A DNA stretch of 63,098 nt, the filler included, from Chiloscyllium plagiosum (Eukaryota), in assembly GCF_004010195.1 (NCBI RefSeq). It is 6 parts of 2 records of this genome, joined end to end, with 100 filler letters (N's around TTAATTAATTAA, not from the genome) between each part and the next. Parts side by side here need not be neighbours in the genome. Positions count along the whole stretch, not along the records: positions 33,351 to 42,886 come from NC_057716.1; positions 42,987 to 49,427 come from NC_057716.1; positions 49,528 to 59,829 come from NC_057716.1; 3 more parts are not named here. One strand, 5' to 3'. Under the pieces are notes generated by a model that was given only the letters and a program-made list of their open reading frames with translations, was not told where the DNA came from and did not search any database. The translations under genes and the position numbers were made by a program. Each line of letters opens with the position of its first letter. The stretch's first letter is position 1. Below are positions 38,459 through 50,459 of this stretch, piece by piece.

Positions 38459-39989
38459 TCAAAACAAGAATGGTAACAATGACTGTGGAGTTTTTTTTTA
38501 GCTCACACGCATTGCTTGTGATGAGGAACAATGGAGAGAGAGTGCAATAGGCCGATCCTTCTCGGGCATATCACATTTTCTCCCTCTCTGAGCTGAATCA
38601 CACGATAATGTGATCCTCTTCCAAACTGGACCACGTGAGATCTCCTTGCACATTGTCCAAACTATGTCTCCATCACATTCCCTGCTCCATGTAGGTGCAT
38701 CATTTCTGCTATAATACACAGAGCCGTCCGACTTAGCAGAAAATGGTCTCGGTCGATTTGAAGATATGTCTACATATCCATGCGTCATAAAAAAAAATGT
38801 TTGATGTATTCAGAATACCTGTGTTAAAATGATTTTTTTTTAACAAATACAGAAATTGTTGGAAAAGCTCAGCAGATCTGACATCATCCAGATGCCTTTT
38901 ACATGCTGTAGTTGTACCAACGTCAACCACTTACTCTGGCAGCTCATTTCATGCGCACACTAACCTCTCCGTGGAAAGGTGCCTCTGATACCTCACCAAA
39001 ACCTTTCCCCTCTCTCTTTCAACCCATGCTCTATAGTTTTGGACGCCCCTAACCTGGAATAAAACCCTGACTACTCACCCTATCCATGACCAATCTGATT
39101 TTATAAACCTCTACTGCTGCGAACTGTGACTCTAATCAATACGAATAGCTGTATTTTCAGTTAACCCGGGCCTACATTCTGAAATTCAACACTGACACTT
39201 CTTCCTTCTCCAACAAGTCACAATTCTAAATCCATTTTAATCAGTTTGTTCAGAGTTTCATGAGGCACTTCTGTGGGCTTTAAACCTCGACCTTTGTGCC
39301 CGGAAGTGTGCTGGCTCATCAGCCTGTTATGACATGTTGTGACATACCTCTGCAACAGGCGGCAGTTGAATCCAGACCTTCTGGTCCAGACCTAGGAACA
39401 CTACCACACAAGTTCAGGAATTGGAATCAAATCCAGAGCACTGGCTCAGGGATAGGGACACTACCCACTGCACTACGATACCCTGACTTTGGGTCATATG
39501 TTAAGTGCCATCTTTCAGCTCAATGTGGATTTATTATAATCAGGTTACCATTACTGAACTACACAAAACACTTTGTATTGTTAAACAAATGCAAGATATT
39601 TGTCTCAACTGTCGGATATTGAGCGCACGTGCTGTGCCATCAAAATTAACTAAGAACGTCTTTAATCGCTATTATGTGTAGGCTGTAGTATTAGGGAAAG
39701 AAATCCTGCAGGCATACTCTGCACAATGAACGGTCTCAAATAGATATTTATTATTGAACAACAGAGACGGAGAAATACCATAGTTTATGGCCCCAAAACA
39801 CCGATCAGTATTAACCAACTCTCACGTGCCCTCTGCCTAAAACCATGAAATGACACCAAGCCGTTGATTACTGTCCAGCCTCTACTCCACGTTGACTGTG
39901 TCTGCGATCTGTCCCTCATCCCCCTAAAAACATAAGGCAAACTAAGCTCAAGGTCTTTGTGAAAGTCAAGGCCAGAATATGCAGGCCTC

Positions 39990-40900
39990 CTGGAGATGTG
40001 GAGGGAATTTTAAAATTAAATGGGGAAGGTAAGGAGGCAGTAATTTCACTCACTGGGCTGAGGAGTGGCAGATGGCGTTTAGTTTGGATTCATGCGATGT
40101 ATTGGATTTGGTCAATCACAAAAGAGCAGGACCTATACGATGAAAAGTAGGGTCTTTGGCAGTGTTGTAGAACAGAGACCAAGGCCGTCAGGTAAAATTC
40201 TTTAAAATTTGCATCTCATATAGATAGTGTGGTTAAAAAAGAGTTAAACACACTTGTCTTCATAGGTCAGACAATTGTGTATCGGAATTGGGACGTCATG
40301 TTGTGGTCGTACAGGACATTGGTGAGACCTGTTCTGGAATACTGTGTCCAGTCTGGTCACCCTGCCCACTCACACCATAGACACACCACCCTCTGGGTGA
40401 AAACACTACCCCTTAGGTCACTTTTAAATCTTTCCCCTCTCACCTTAAACCTATGCCGTCTAGTTTTGGTCCCCCCTACCCTTAGAAAAGGCCTTGACTA
40501 TTTACTTTGATATTATTGACCTTGATATTATTAAGCTGGAGAGGGTTCAGAAGAGATTAATCTGGATGTTGCTGAGAATGCAGGGATCGAGCGATAAGGA
40601 GAGCCTGGATAGGCTGGGACATTTTTTCACCGGAGAGTATGAGATTAAGTGGTAATTTTAGGGAGGTTTTATAACATCATGAGTGGTACAGATAAGTTAA
40701 ACGGCTGATGTATTTTCCCTAGAGTGAGGGGATTCAAGACTGGGGGTTAGTGTAATGTGTGCAGAAAAAGATTTACAAAAATCATGAAAGGCAATTATTT
40801 TAGACAAAGCTGGCTTGTGTGTGGAATGAACTTCCAGAGGAAGTGGTGAAAGCAGGGACAATCATAACGTTTAAAGGATATTTAGATCAGTCCATGGATA
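39990..40900 (+). mobile_element. CR1 3' fragment containing a short inverted CR1 piece (~40367-40505)
   Basis: SYRTLVRPVLEYCVQS; the inverted segment resembles the CR1 3' end. Confidence 0.8.
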
Positions 40901-41088
40901 AGACATCAGTTTGGATGCTGCTGTGAGCAGCTGCCCTCTCCCTTCCCCTCTCTGAATGAATCCTGTTGGTTTTTACCCTCTGCCAATGCTTGTGAAGTGG
41001 CATGGAGAGGCCAGTAGATAGTGGCATTGCATCACTTTAAACACCTGAGACTGCCAGACCTACCCCATACAGATACACACACAGCAAT

Positions 41089-41875
41089 TGTTAGGACACG
41101 GCGTGAAGCACATCTCGTAACTTTAACTAAACATAAAGAAATGCTCTATTCACCTCATAAACTATAAAACTATGAGTGACAGTGAACTCCCAAATTCCAC
41201 TGTTTAAATAAAAAAAAACATCAGTTTACTTTTTTAACTCTGAAAATGAACATTTTACATCAACTATTCACGACTCTGAGACCCCCTTTCTCTCAAGTGC
41301 TTATAATCCGACACCAGCTCTATAACAATGTACTGTTTCAATAAACTGCTTATTAAAATTTGCATTAATTTAATTTCAAAACCACACAGCAGCTGTTGTT
41401 TTCGATGTCTTCTTCTTGCTGTAGATCGCCCTGGGTCATCTTCTTTCTGTTTACTGCGGATATGTTCCATATGAAAAGATACCCTTGATAGAGAATGTTT
41501 CCTAATTTCTTGGACCGGGTTGATGGCATTTGCTCTGTCTCAATTTCCAAAATGCCTGCATTCTTAATATCCACAGCATGAGATTATCTCATTGGTTCGA
41601 TTTTCGATAAACAATAAATTCACACTTGATTTCTTTTTAGTATCCTATGGCATAATTTAAACTGCTTGTTAAAATTCGAATTGTTGTCCAAAGAGCAAGC
41701 ACTCAGGGATTTTTTTTCGGAGCAAAATGTGACACATGTTCAGTTGTCCTTGGCACTCTGCGTCAGCCATCTTCTCATACACACAGGTGCTTGTTAGCTC
41801 TCAACTCAGAACAGCATTCACTCTATCTTAAAGGTACAGTACGCACTTTTGAATTCAAAAAATTAATACCATGAT
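41089..41875 (-). mobile_element. Probable solo LTR related to Gypsy element 2
   Basis: The reverse complement of ~41089-41220 matches the LTR end at 25915-26038 (GGAATTTGGGAGTTC...GAGGTGAA) and terminates ...CCTAACA; the other end is uncertain. Confidence 0.6.
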
Positions 41876-42816
41876 GTCAATGAAGATAGGTGGAGCCTAT
41901 CTGAATTTCCCTTGCTACGTGGTTTGTCAATATTTCAGTCACTGTGTCCGATGTGTTTTGTTGCTCTTTTGTTGCTTTGTTGGCAAAATCTCATAATTTC
42001 ACTTTCTCCATTGGAATATATCAATATTTCACATGCTCACAATCGTGAGTGTGGGAGGGTTTCAGTTCTTTCTTGAGGACAGTGATACTATGACAATTTC
42101 AATGTTTGTAAATGGCACCAAACCTGAAGAACTGTGAAGTCGATAGAGAACAGTGTGAGACTCTAACAGGACAATGACGCGTTGATGTAATTTTGGGCAG
42201 ATGGTGATCAATGCAGAGCAGTGTAAGGCGATGCAATTTAGTAGGAAGGAGATTGAAACACAAAATAAAACAGGCTGTACCGTTATAAAGGGGGTGCAGG
42301 CGCAGACGGCCCTGGGTATATGAGCACAATTATTGAAGATGTCAGGACCAGTGGGGAAGGCAGTAACTATCACAGATTAGTTTCAGCATCTGAGCTGTTT
42401 ACTGGAGGAGTTATAGGAAGGAGTCTCCGTGCTCCCTTCCTGGGAGGTGGTGGAGATGATGTGTTGTGAGACCACCCTCCTGCCCCCCGAGAACGGGAGG
42501 ATTTCATTTGTACCCGCTCAACACAAAAGGAAGATGGCATCTGGGCCACGCTTCTAACTTGTGCCTGGGTAATCGGAGCTGCCAGTGGATTGAAAGTGAG
42601 AATTGCCCTTCACTGAACATTGCTCCATACTCGGTCGGTGGGACGTGGATATTTCAGAATTCCCACTCGAGGCGTACTAGTCCCCTCCGGCTCCTGCCAG
42701 GTCCTCCCCACATGGCAGGGTGAGGGGGGGGGAGAGGGAACGGAAATCGGGCACTCCAGAACCCGGCTTGGCTCTTTCTGTCCTATGTTGTTGGACCACA
42801 TCGCCGCATGTGTCTC

Positions 42817-42886
42817 CGCCCCCCCGCCACGTTCCGTCACCACGCCTAACCTCGCCCCCCCGCCGCGTTCCGTCACCACGCCTAAC
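42817..42886. repeat. 36-bp GC-rich minisatellite running into a gap
   Basis: Two copies of CGCCCCCCCGCC(A/G)CGTTCCGTCACCACGCCTAAC. Confidence 0.9.
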
Positions 42887-42986
42887 NNNNNNNNNNNNNN
42901 NNNNNNNNNNNNNNNNNNNNNNNNNNNNNNTTAATTAATTAANNNNNNNNNNNNNNNNNNNNNNNNNNNNNNNNNNNNNNNNNNNN

Positions 42987-44155
42987 CAGAGTGTGGGGGT
43001 AAGTACATGAAAGTTTTTGGTACTTACTGTCTTTAATTTCCGATATGGCTAGGAAGAACTGTTTGTTCAGTGTATGGATTCTTCTGTGGATGAAGAACAG
43101 CAGAGGTCCTTTGCAAGTCTGTGAGAGTGTTGTCCTGAGCTGGGGTAGAGCTAATTGCAGGGAATGTAGGTAGCGGCGCATGGCTGCAAGCGTGGAGCGG
43201 AGGATCCGGAGGGAGGTCTGATGCTGGGGCCTTCGGATTTTTTGTAGGTACAGTCCTCACCTACCACCCCACCAACCTCCATAAACATCTTATCATCCGT
43301 CACTATTTCCGCCAAACAGACCCCACCACCAGGGATGTATTTCCCTCCCCACCCCTATCAGCGTTCCGAAAAGACCACTCTCTCCGTGACTCCCTTGTCA
43401 GGTCCACACCCCCCACCAACCCAACCTCCACTCCCGGCACCTACCCCTGCAACCGCAGGAAATGCAAAACTTGCGCCCACACCTCCCCCCTTACTTCCCT
43501 CCAAGGCCCCAAGGGACCCTTCCATATCCGCCACAAATTCACCTGCACCACCACACACATCATCTATTGCATCCGCTGCACCCGATGTGGCCTCCTCTAC
43601 ATTGGGGAGACAGGCCGCCTACTTGCGGAACGTTTCAGAGAACATCTCTGGGACACCTGGACCAACCAACCCAACCACCCTGTGGCTCAACACTTCAACT
43701 CCCCCTCCCACTCCACCAAGGACATGCAGGTCCTTGGACTCCTCCATCGCCAGACCATGGCAACATGACAGTTGGAGGAAGAGCGCCTCATCTTCTGCCT
43801 GGGAACTATCCAACCACAATGGATGAACTCAGACTTCTCCAGTTTCCTCATTTCCCCTCTCCCCCACCTTGTCTCAGTCAATTCCCTCAAACTCAGCACC
43901 GCCTTCCTAACCTGCAATCTTCTTCCTGACCTCTCCGCCCCCACCCCACTCCGGCCAATCACCCTCACCTTGAACTCCCTCCACCTATCGCATTTCCAAA
44001 GCCCCTCCCCCAAGTCCCTCCTCCCTACCTTTTATCTTAGCCTGCTGGACACACTTTCCTCATTCCTGAAGAAGGGCTTATGCCCGAAACGTCGATTCTC
44101 CTGTTCCTTGGATGCTGCCTGACCTGCTGCACTTTTCCAGCAACACATTTTCAGC
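42987..44155 (+). mobile_element. Penelope-like element 3' portion: Cys-rich linker, GIY-YIG endonuclease and pLTR; 42987-43260 probably an inverted piece of the same type of element
   Basis: Plus frame from ~43447 reads CNRRKCKTC...FTCTTTHIIYCIRCTRCGLLYIGETGRLLAERFREH...HFNSPSHS...*QLEEERLIFCLGTIQPQ (one stop), followed by the pLTR. Confidence 0.93.
44062..44097 (+). ncRNA. Minimal hammerhead ribozyme motif
   Basis: CTGAAGA-A-GGGC-TTAT-GCCC-GAAAC-GTC at 44066-44093; intact CUGANGA/GAAA core, sense to the GIY-YIG ORF. Confidence 0.82.
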
Positions 44156-45830
44156 ATAAATGACTTAGACGCAGGCATAGGTGGATGGATTAGTAAATTT
44201 GAAGATGACACTAAAATCGATGGAGGAGTGGATAGTTTTGAAGAATGTTACAGTTTGCAGGGGATTTGGATAAACTGCAGAATTGGGCTGAGAGGTGGCA
44301 AATGGAGTTCAATGCAGCTAAATGTGAGGTGATGCACTTTGAGAAGAATAACAGGATGGCAGAATACTGGGTCAATGGAAAGATTCTTGGTCGTGTGGAT
44401 GTGCAGAGGGCTCTTGGAGTCCATGTGCATAGATCCCGGTAAGTTGCCACCCAGGAGGAAAGTGCTGTTCAGAAGGCATATGGTGTGTTAGGCTTCATTC
44501 GTAGGGGGATTGTGTTCCGGAACTGCAATATCATGCCGCAACTATATAAAACACTGATGCGGCCATACTTGGAATATTGTGTACAGTTCTGGTCGCTCCA
44601 TTACAGAAAGGATGTGGAAGCATTGGAAAAGTTGCAGACGAGATTTACCAGGATATTGCCTGGTCTGGAGGGAAGGTCTCATGAAGAAAGGCTGAGAGAC
44701 TTGGGTCTGGTCTTTTCTCATTGGAAAGAAGAAGGCTAAGGGGGCATTTGAGAGAGACATACTAGATGATCAGAGGATTAGATAGGGTAGACAGAGAAAG
44801 ACTTTTTCCAAGGATGATGATGTCAGCTTGCACAAGGGGGCATAACTACAAATTGAGGGGTGATAGATTTAAGACTGATGTCAGAGGCAAGTTCTTTACG
44901 CAGAGAATGGGAAGGGCGTGGAATGCCGTACCTGCTAAGGTAGTCAACTCAGCCACATTAGGGATATTTAAACAATCCTTTGATAAGCACATGGATGATT
45001 TTGGGATAGTGTAGGGGGACGAGTTGAGAATAGTTTACAGGTCGGTGAAACATTGAGGGCGGAAGGGCCTGTTCTACGCTGTATTGTTCTATGTTCTATA
45101 TTCTATGAAAGATCCAGATCAAGAACAAACTATACAGTAAATAGAAAGGTCCTGAGGAAAACTGATGTAGAGGGAGATCTGGGTGTTCAGGTCCATTGTT
45201 CCGTGAATGTGGCAATGCAGGTCTATAGAGTGGTCAAGAAGGCATACGGCATGCTTTCCTTCATCGGACAGGCTATAGAGTATAGCAGTTGGCAGATCAT
45301 GTTACAGTTGTACAAGACTTTGTTTTGGCCACATTTGGAATACTGTGTACATGTCTGGTCACCACATGGATGATTTGGAGAGGGTGCAGACAAGGTTCAC
45401 TAAGATGTTGCCTGGTATGGAGGGTGCTAGCTATGAGGAGAGGTTGAGTAGAAGAGGTCTATTTTCACGAGAAAGATGAAGGTCGAGCGGGGAACTGATA
45501 GAGAGGCATAGACAGGGTGGATAGCAAGAAACTTTTTCCCAGAGTGGGGGACTCAATTACTAGGGGTCACGAGTTCAAAGTCAGAGGGGAAAGGTTTACA
45601 GGAAGATGTATGTGGAAAGGTCATTACGCAGAGGGTGGTGAGTACCTGGAACGCTTTGCCAGCGGAGGTGGTAGAGGTGGGCTTGATAGCATAATTTAAG
45701 ATGTAGTTGACAGAAATATAAATGGGCAGGAAGCAAAGGGATACAGAGCCGAAGAAAATAAGTGATAGTTGTAGATCGAAGATCTGGATCAGCACAGACT
45801 TGGAGGGCCGAAGGGCCCGTTCCTGTGCTC
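44156..45830 (+). mobile_element. Two tandem CR1 3' fragments with TTCTATG-type tail
   Basis: [34 protein letters not shown]; (TTCTATG)-like tail at 45086-45106; the second copy follows immediately. Confidence 0.92.
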
Positions 45831-45834
45831 TGCA

Positions 45835-46530
45835 GCCCTTCCTATCTCGAACCTCCACTACCCTCCACAACCCTCCCTATATCTGTGACATCTTCCAGTC
45901 CCTAACTGCAAACTTCTCCAGTCCCTATTTCACTCCCCATTTGTCAGGGCTATTTGCATTCCTCCAATGTATGTCAGTATCTAAAGCCCACCCTGTCTCT
46001 AATGTCCAAATTTCTTCAAGTCTGTCAATGTCTCCAGTCTCCAGAACCATCCATAAGTTTCTCCAGATCCATGAAGCTTCCGATTCTTTCGTACACTAAT
46101 ACCTGAAACATTATTTTTCAGTGCATCTTACTGCAATGCCTAAAAACTGCCATCTTTGGAAACTGCTCCAAACCTTCCGATATGTTCAGAAAATCCTGCA
46201 GCACTAAAACCCTCCCTTTCTGTGTAACCTCTTTCAGTCCTGATGACACTCCCAATCTGTGGAGCTTTTACAATCTTCCTGAGTTGGGTAATTCCTTCAA
46301 GTCCCTGCAGAATTCCTGATCTGTAGCACCTACTCAAATCCATGTGACTCTCCACTTCCTGTAAGGCTGACTTTCAATGTTAGATCATCCAGTCGTTCCA
46401 TCCCTCTACTTATTTCCATTTCCTTCTCCAGCTCTTTCACCCTCATCTATGTAAACTTCACCCTCCCTCACAACCATCTCCACCTTCGGAACCTCCTCCA
46501 GTTTGTGCGATACTCCCTGTGTTTGTAACC
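45835..46530 (+). repeat. Highly degenerate C-rich tandem array (~36-37 bp unit)
   Basis: Recurrent CCCTCCCTAT(C)TCTGT(A/G)ACNTCNTCCAGTCC-like motifs at ~45871, 46210, 46440 and 46513. Confidence 0.5.
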
Positions 46531-46589
46531 GAGTCTGACTGGGAAAAGAGTTGCTAGATTCACAGCCTTCTTCTTTAAATAAGTTTGAG

Positions 46590-46945
46590 AGCATCTTTGT
46601 TAGGGAAGGTTTAAACTAATGTGGTGGGAAATGGTAACCAAATGAGGAGGTTAGTGGACAGCAAGGAGGTAACAACTAGATAATGAAGTCACTGTTACTC
46701 AGGGGAAGAGAAGACAGAGAGCAGATGATGACACAAAGGGACTGCTGGTCTGCAATGCATTTGTGTAGTAGGTAAGGCAGATGAACTTTGGGCTTGGATT
46801 AGTATCTCCAATGCTATTGCTATTACTGAGACATGTTTGAGGGAAGGGCATGATTGGCAACTAAATATCCCAGGATATCAGTGCTTCAGGCAGGATAGAG
46901 AGAGAGGTAAAAGGGGTGAAGGAGTTGCATTTCCGGTCAGAGAAG
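46590..46945 (+). mobile_element. CR1 ORF1/ORF2 junction and start of the APE endonuclease
   Basis: AITETCLREGHDWQLNIPGYQCFRQDRERGKRGEGVA. Confidence 0.85.
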
Positions 46946-47311
46946 GAGGTTCTGTTCACAGAGCTGGGAATTTGTGTTGCAGATGTTTCGTCCCCTGTCT
47001 AGGTGACATCCTCAGTGCTTGGGAGCCTCCTGTGAAGCGCTTCTGTAATGTTTCCTCCGGCATTTATAGTGATTTGTATCTGCCGCTTCCGGTTGTCAGT
47101 TCCAGCTGTCTGTTGCAGTGGTCGGTATATTGGGTCCAGGTCGATGTGCTTATTGATTGAATCTGTGGATGAATGCTATGCCTCTAGGAATTCCCTGGCT
47201 GTTCTCTGTTTGGCTTGTCCTATAATAGTAGTGTTGTCCCAGTCGAACTCATGTTGCTTGTCATCTGCGTGTGTGGCTACTAAGGATAGCTGGTCGTGTC
47301 ATTTCGTGGCT
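46946..47311 (-). mobile_element. Penelope-like family 2, 3' end with hammerhead
   Basis: Minus strand AREFLEA*HSSTDSINKHIDLDPIYRP, then a pLTR with the ribozyme core; truncated by a gap. Confidence 0.85.
46978..47018 (-). ncRNA. Minimal hammerhead ribozyme motif, family 2
   Basis: Reverse complement GCA-CTGAGGA-T-GTCACC-TAGACA-GGGGAC-GAAAC-ATC-TGC: both boxes, a longer stem II, and GCA/TGC closing stem I. Confidence 0.75.
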
Positions 47312-47811
47312 NNNNNNNNNNNNNNNNNNNNNNNNNNNNNNNNNNNNNNNNNNNNNNNNNNNNNNNNNNNNNNNNNNNNNNNNNNNNNNNNNNNNNNNNN
47401 NNNNNNNNNNNNNNNNNNNNNNNNNNNNNNNNNNNNNNNNNNNNNNNNNNNNNNNNNNNNNNNNNNNNNNNNNNNNNNNNNNNNNNNNNNNNNNNNNNNN
47501 NNNNNNNNNNNNNNNNNNNNNNNNNNNNNNNNNNNNNNNNNNNNNNNNNNNNNNNNNNNNNNNNNNNNNNNNNNNNNNNNNNNNNNNNNNNNNNNNNNNN
47601 NNNNNNNNNNNNNNNNNNNNNNNNNNNNNNNNNNNNNNNNNNNNNNNNNNNNNNNNNNNNNNNNNNNNNNNNNNNNNNNNNNNNNNNNNNNNNNNNNNNN
47701 NNNNNNNNNNNNNNNNNNNNNNNNNNNNNNNNNNNNNNNNNNNNNNNNNNNNNNNNNNNNNNNNNNNNNNNNNNNNNNNNNNNNNNNNNNNNNNNNNNNN
47801 NNNNNNNNNNN

Positions 47812-49080
47812 GGTATATAGTCGTAGATGGGATGAAAGGTAGTGTGGTAGAGGCAGGAAGGTTGCCAAATGGGTGGTCAGCTCAGACCAGCAAACTCTAT
47901 GCATTGGAAAGAGCCCTTAGGGCATTAGAAAATAAAGAGGGAACAGTATACACTAAATATGCATTTGGTGTTGTGCACACTTTCGGAAAGATATGGCAGG
48001 AAAGGGGACTGATCAATAGCCGGGGGAAGAATTAGCACATGAGGAGTTGATTAAATGGGTCTTGGAGTCTCTATTACTCCCCCGAGAAATAGTGGTAGTG
48101 CATTATAAATGGTCATCAGAAAGGAAATGAACCAGAAGTTAGGGGGAATAGATTAGCCGATGAAGTGGCTAAGGAAGCAGCCCTGAACCCACAAGAAGTG
48201 GTGATTCATTCCCTAATACCTACCGTCCCAGATCCTCGGAAGCTCCTACATTTACTGAAAGAGAGGAAAAAGAATTGCAAGATTTAGGGGTTGCAAAAAC
48301 AGCAGACGGGCATTGGATGTTACCTGATGGAAGGGAAATGTCAAACAAAATGATGATGCGAGAGATTATGGCTATCCTACATCAAGGCAGCCATTGGGGA
48401 GTACAAGCAATGTGTGATTTAGTTCTTAAGGAATATGGATGTAAACGAATATATACAATTGCTAAACAAATATGTGAGGGATGTATAATATGCAGAAAGG
48501 TAAAAAAGAAAGTCTTGAGAAAACAGACCCTGGGAGGAAGAGACCCGGGATTGAGACCCTTCCAGAGTATACAATTAGATTATATTGAACTACCCAGAGT
48601 AGGGAGACTAAAATATATGCTGGTCATAGTAGATCATCTATCTGGTTGGGTTGAGGCATACCCCCTAGCTACTGCCACTGCGAGTGGGGTGTCTAAAACA
48701 ATATTAGAGCACATAATTCCCCGATATGGGCTCACTAGATATAGATTCCGACCAAGGAACTCATTTTACCTCTAAAGTGTTACACGGGGTAATGAAAGGG
48801 TTGGGAATTTCCTGAGAGTTCCACACTCCATGGCACCCGCCATCATCAGGAAGGGTTGAGAGAATGAACCAAACACTCAAACAACAGCTCTCTAAATTAA
48901 TGATAGAAACCAGACTCCCTTGAACTAAATGTTTGCTTATAGCTCTCTTGCGAGTACGAACAGCCCCAAGGAAAGATTTGGGGCTATCCCCCTATGAAAT
49001 CTTATTTGGATTACTTATCTGGGAACGAATGGAGAATTGCCAATTCCCGAAACTAAAGACTTGTTCTTAAAGAAGTATAT
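47812..49080 (+). mobile_element. pol: Endogenous retrovirus pol fragment (RNase H plus integrase), class I gamma/epsilon-like
   Basis: SAQTSKLYALERAL, KYAFGVVHTFGKIWQERG, GHQKG...GNRLADEVAK, HQGSH...CIIC zinc finger, PFQSIQLDYIELP, IDSDQGTHF, HTPWHPPSSGRVERMNQTLK; disrupted by frameshifts and stops. Confidence 0.9.
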
Positions 49081-49397
49081 CAAGGAGCCCTGGCAAAACT
49101 GGAATCAATGGGTATTGGGTGATTCGAGTCATACCTGGCACAAAGGAAGGTGGTTGTCGTTGTGGAGGGTCAGTCATCTCAGTTTCAGGACATCTCTGCA
49201 GGAGTTCCTCAGGGTAGTGTCCTAGGCCCAATGATCTTCAGCTGCTTCACCAATTACCTACCCTCTGTCATAAAGTCAGAATTAGCGATGCTCGCCAATG
49301 ATTGAACAGTGTTCAGTCGCGACTCCTCAGATATTGAAGCAATCCGTGCTCAATTGCAACAAGATCTGGACAATATCCAGGCTTGGGCCAACAAGTG
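49081..49397 (+). mobile_element. RT fragment of the second LINE family, truncating the ERV
   Basis: GGAGTTCCTCAGGGTAGTGTCCTAGGCCCA = GVPQGSVLGP; followed by a SINE head at 49398-49427. Confidence 0.85.
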
Positions 49398-49744
49398 GGT
49401 GGCACGGTGGCACAGTGGTTAGCACTGNNNNNNNNNNNNNNNNNNNNNNNNNNNNNNNNNNNNNNNNNNNNTTAATTAATTAANNNNNNNNNNNNNNNNN
49501 NNNNNNNNNNNNNNNNNNNNNNNNNNNGAGATGTAGTAGACAGTGAAAAAGATTACCTCAGAGTACAAGGGGATCTGGATCAGATGAGTGAATGGGCTAA
49601 GGAGTTCAGTTTAGAAAATGTGAGGAGCTGCATTTTGGAAAAGCAAACTTTACCAGGACTTATACAGTTAATAGTAAGTTCCTGGGGAGTGCTGCTAAAC
49701 AAAGAGTCCTTGGGACTGCAGGTTCATAGTTCCTTGAAAGTAGA

Positions 49745-50005
49745 GACGGGGTGGGCGACTGACAGGAGGGGCAACCGACGGTGGGGGTGCGACCAACAGG
49801 GTGGGGGGCGCGACCGACAGGAGGGGGCAACCGACAGGGGGCGACCGACAGTAGGGGGCAAACGACAGAGAGGAGGGACAGACCGAAAGGGCGACAGATG
49901 GGGGAACAGACTGACGGGGGGAGGACGACCCATGAGGGGTTGGGGCGACCGACAAAGAGGCTGGAACAGACAGAGCGGGGGGAGATGGGGTGAACAGAGG
50001 GGGAA
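49745..50005 (+). repeat. G-rich degenerate minisatellite (GGGGCGACCGACAG-like units)
   Basis: About a dozen variable ~15-20 bp units containing GACCGAC and G-runs. Confidence 0.8.
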
Positions 50006-50194
50006 GATGGAGAGTTATTTCATAGATCTACAACTCAACCCTGTTCCTGTTTTCTCATCCTCACCTTAATGCTCTCTGAAGGGCTCAGAACAACTGCATA
50101 GTTGTTGGAAAGTAGAGTTTCAGGGAGATCAGCTGCTGAGCGTAGCATTTGGGACCCTAACATTGAATGGAATGGGCTGATCAATGAATGGACT

Positions 50195-50418
50195 CTGGTT
50201 CGATTCCACTGTCTGTGTGGTGTTTGCACATTCTCCCTGTGTGTCTGCGTGGGCTTCCTCTGGGTGCTCTTAATTTCGTCCCACAAATCCAAAGACATGC
50301 AGGTTAGCTGGATTAGCTTTGGGAATTGGAAGGTTACAGAGATAGGGTGGAATGCTGTTCCGATGGTTGGTATGGTCTCATGAGCCGAACGGCCTTCTTC
50401 CACACTGTAGGGATTCTG
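50195..50418 (+). mobile_element. HE1/V-SINE-like SINE (5'-truncated)
   Basis: TTTGCACATTCTCCCTGTG...TCTGCGTGGG, CCAAAGACATGCAGGTTAG, tail CCACACTGTAGGGATTCT. Confidence 0.82.
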
Positions 50419-50459
50419 TCACTGAGTATAGGGGTTAGGAGGTCACATTGTTGCTGGGG

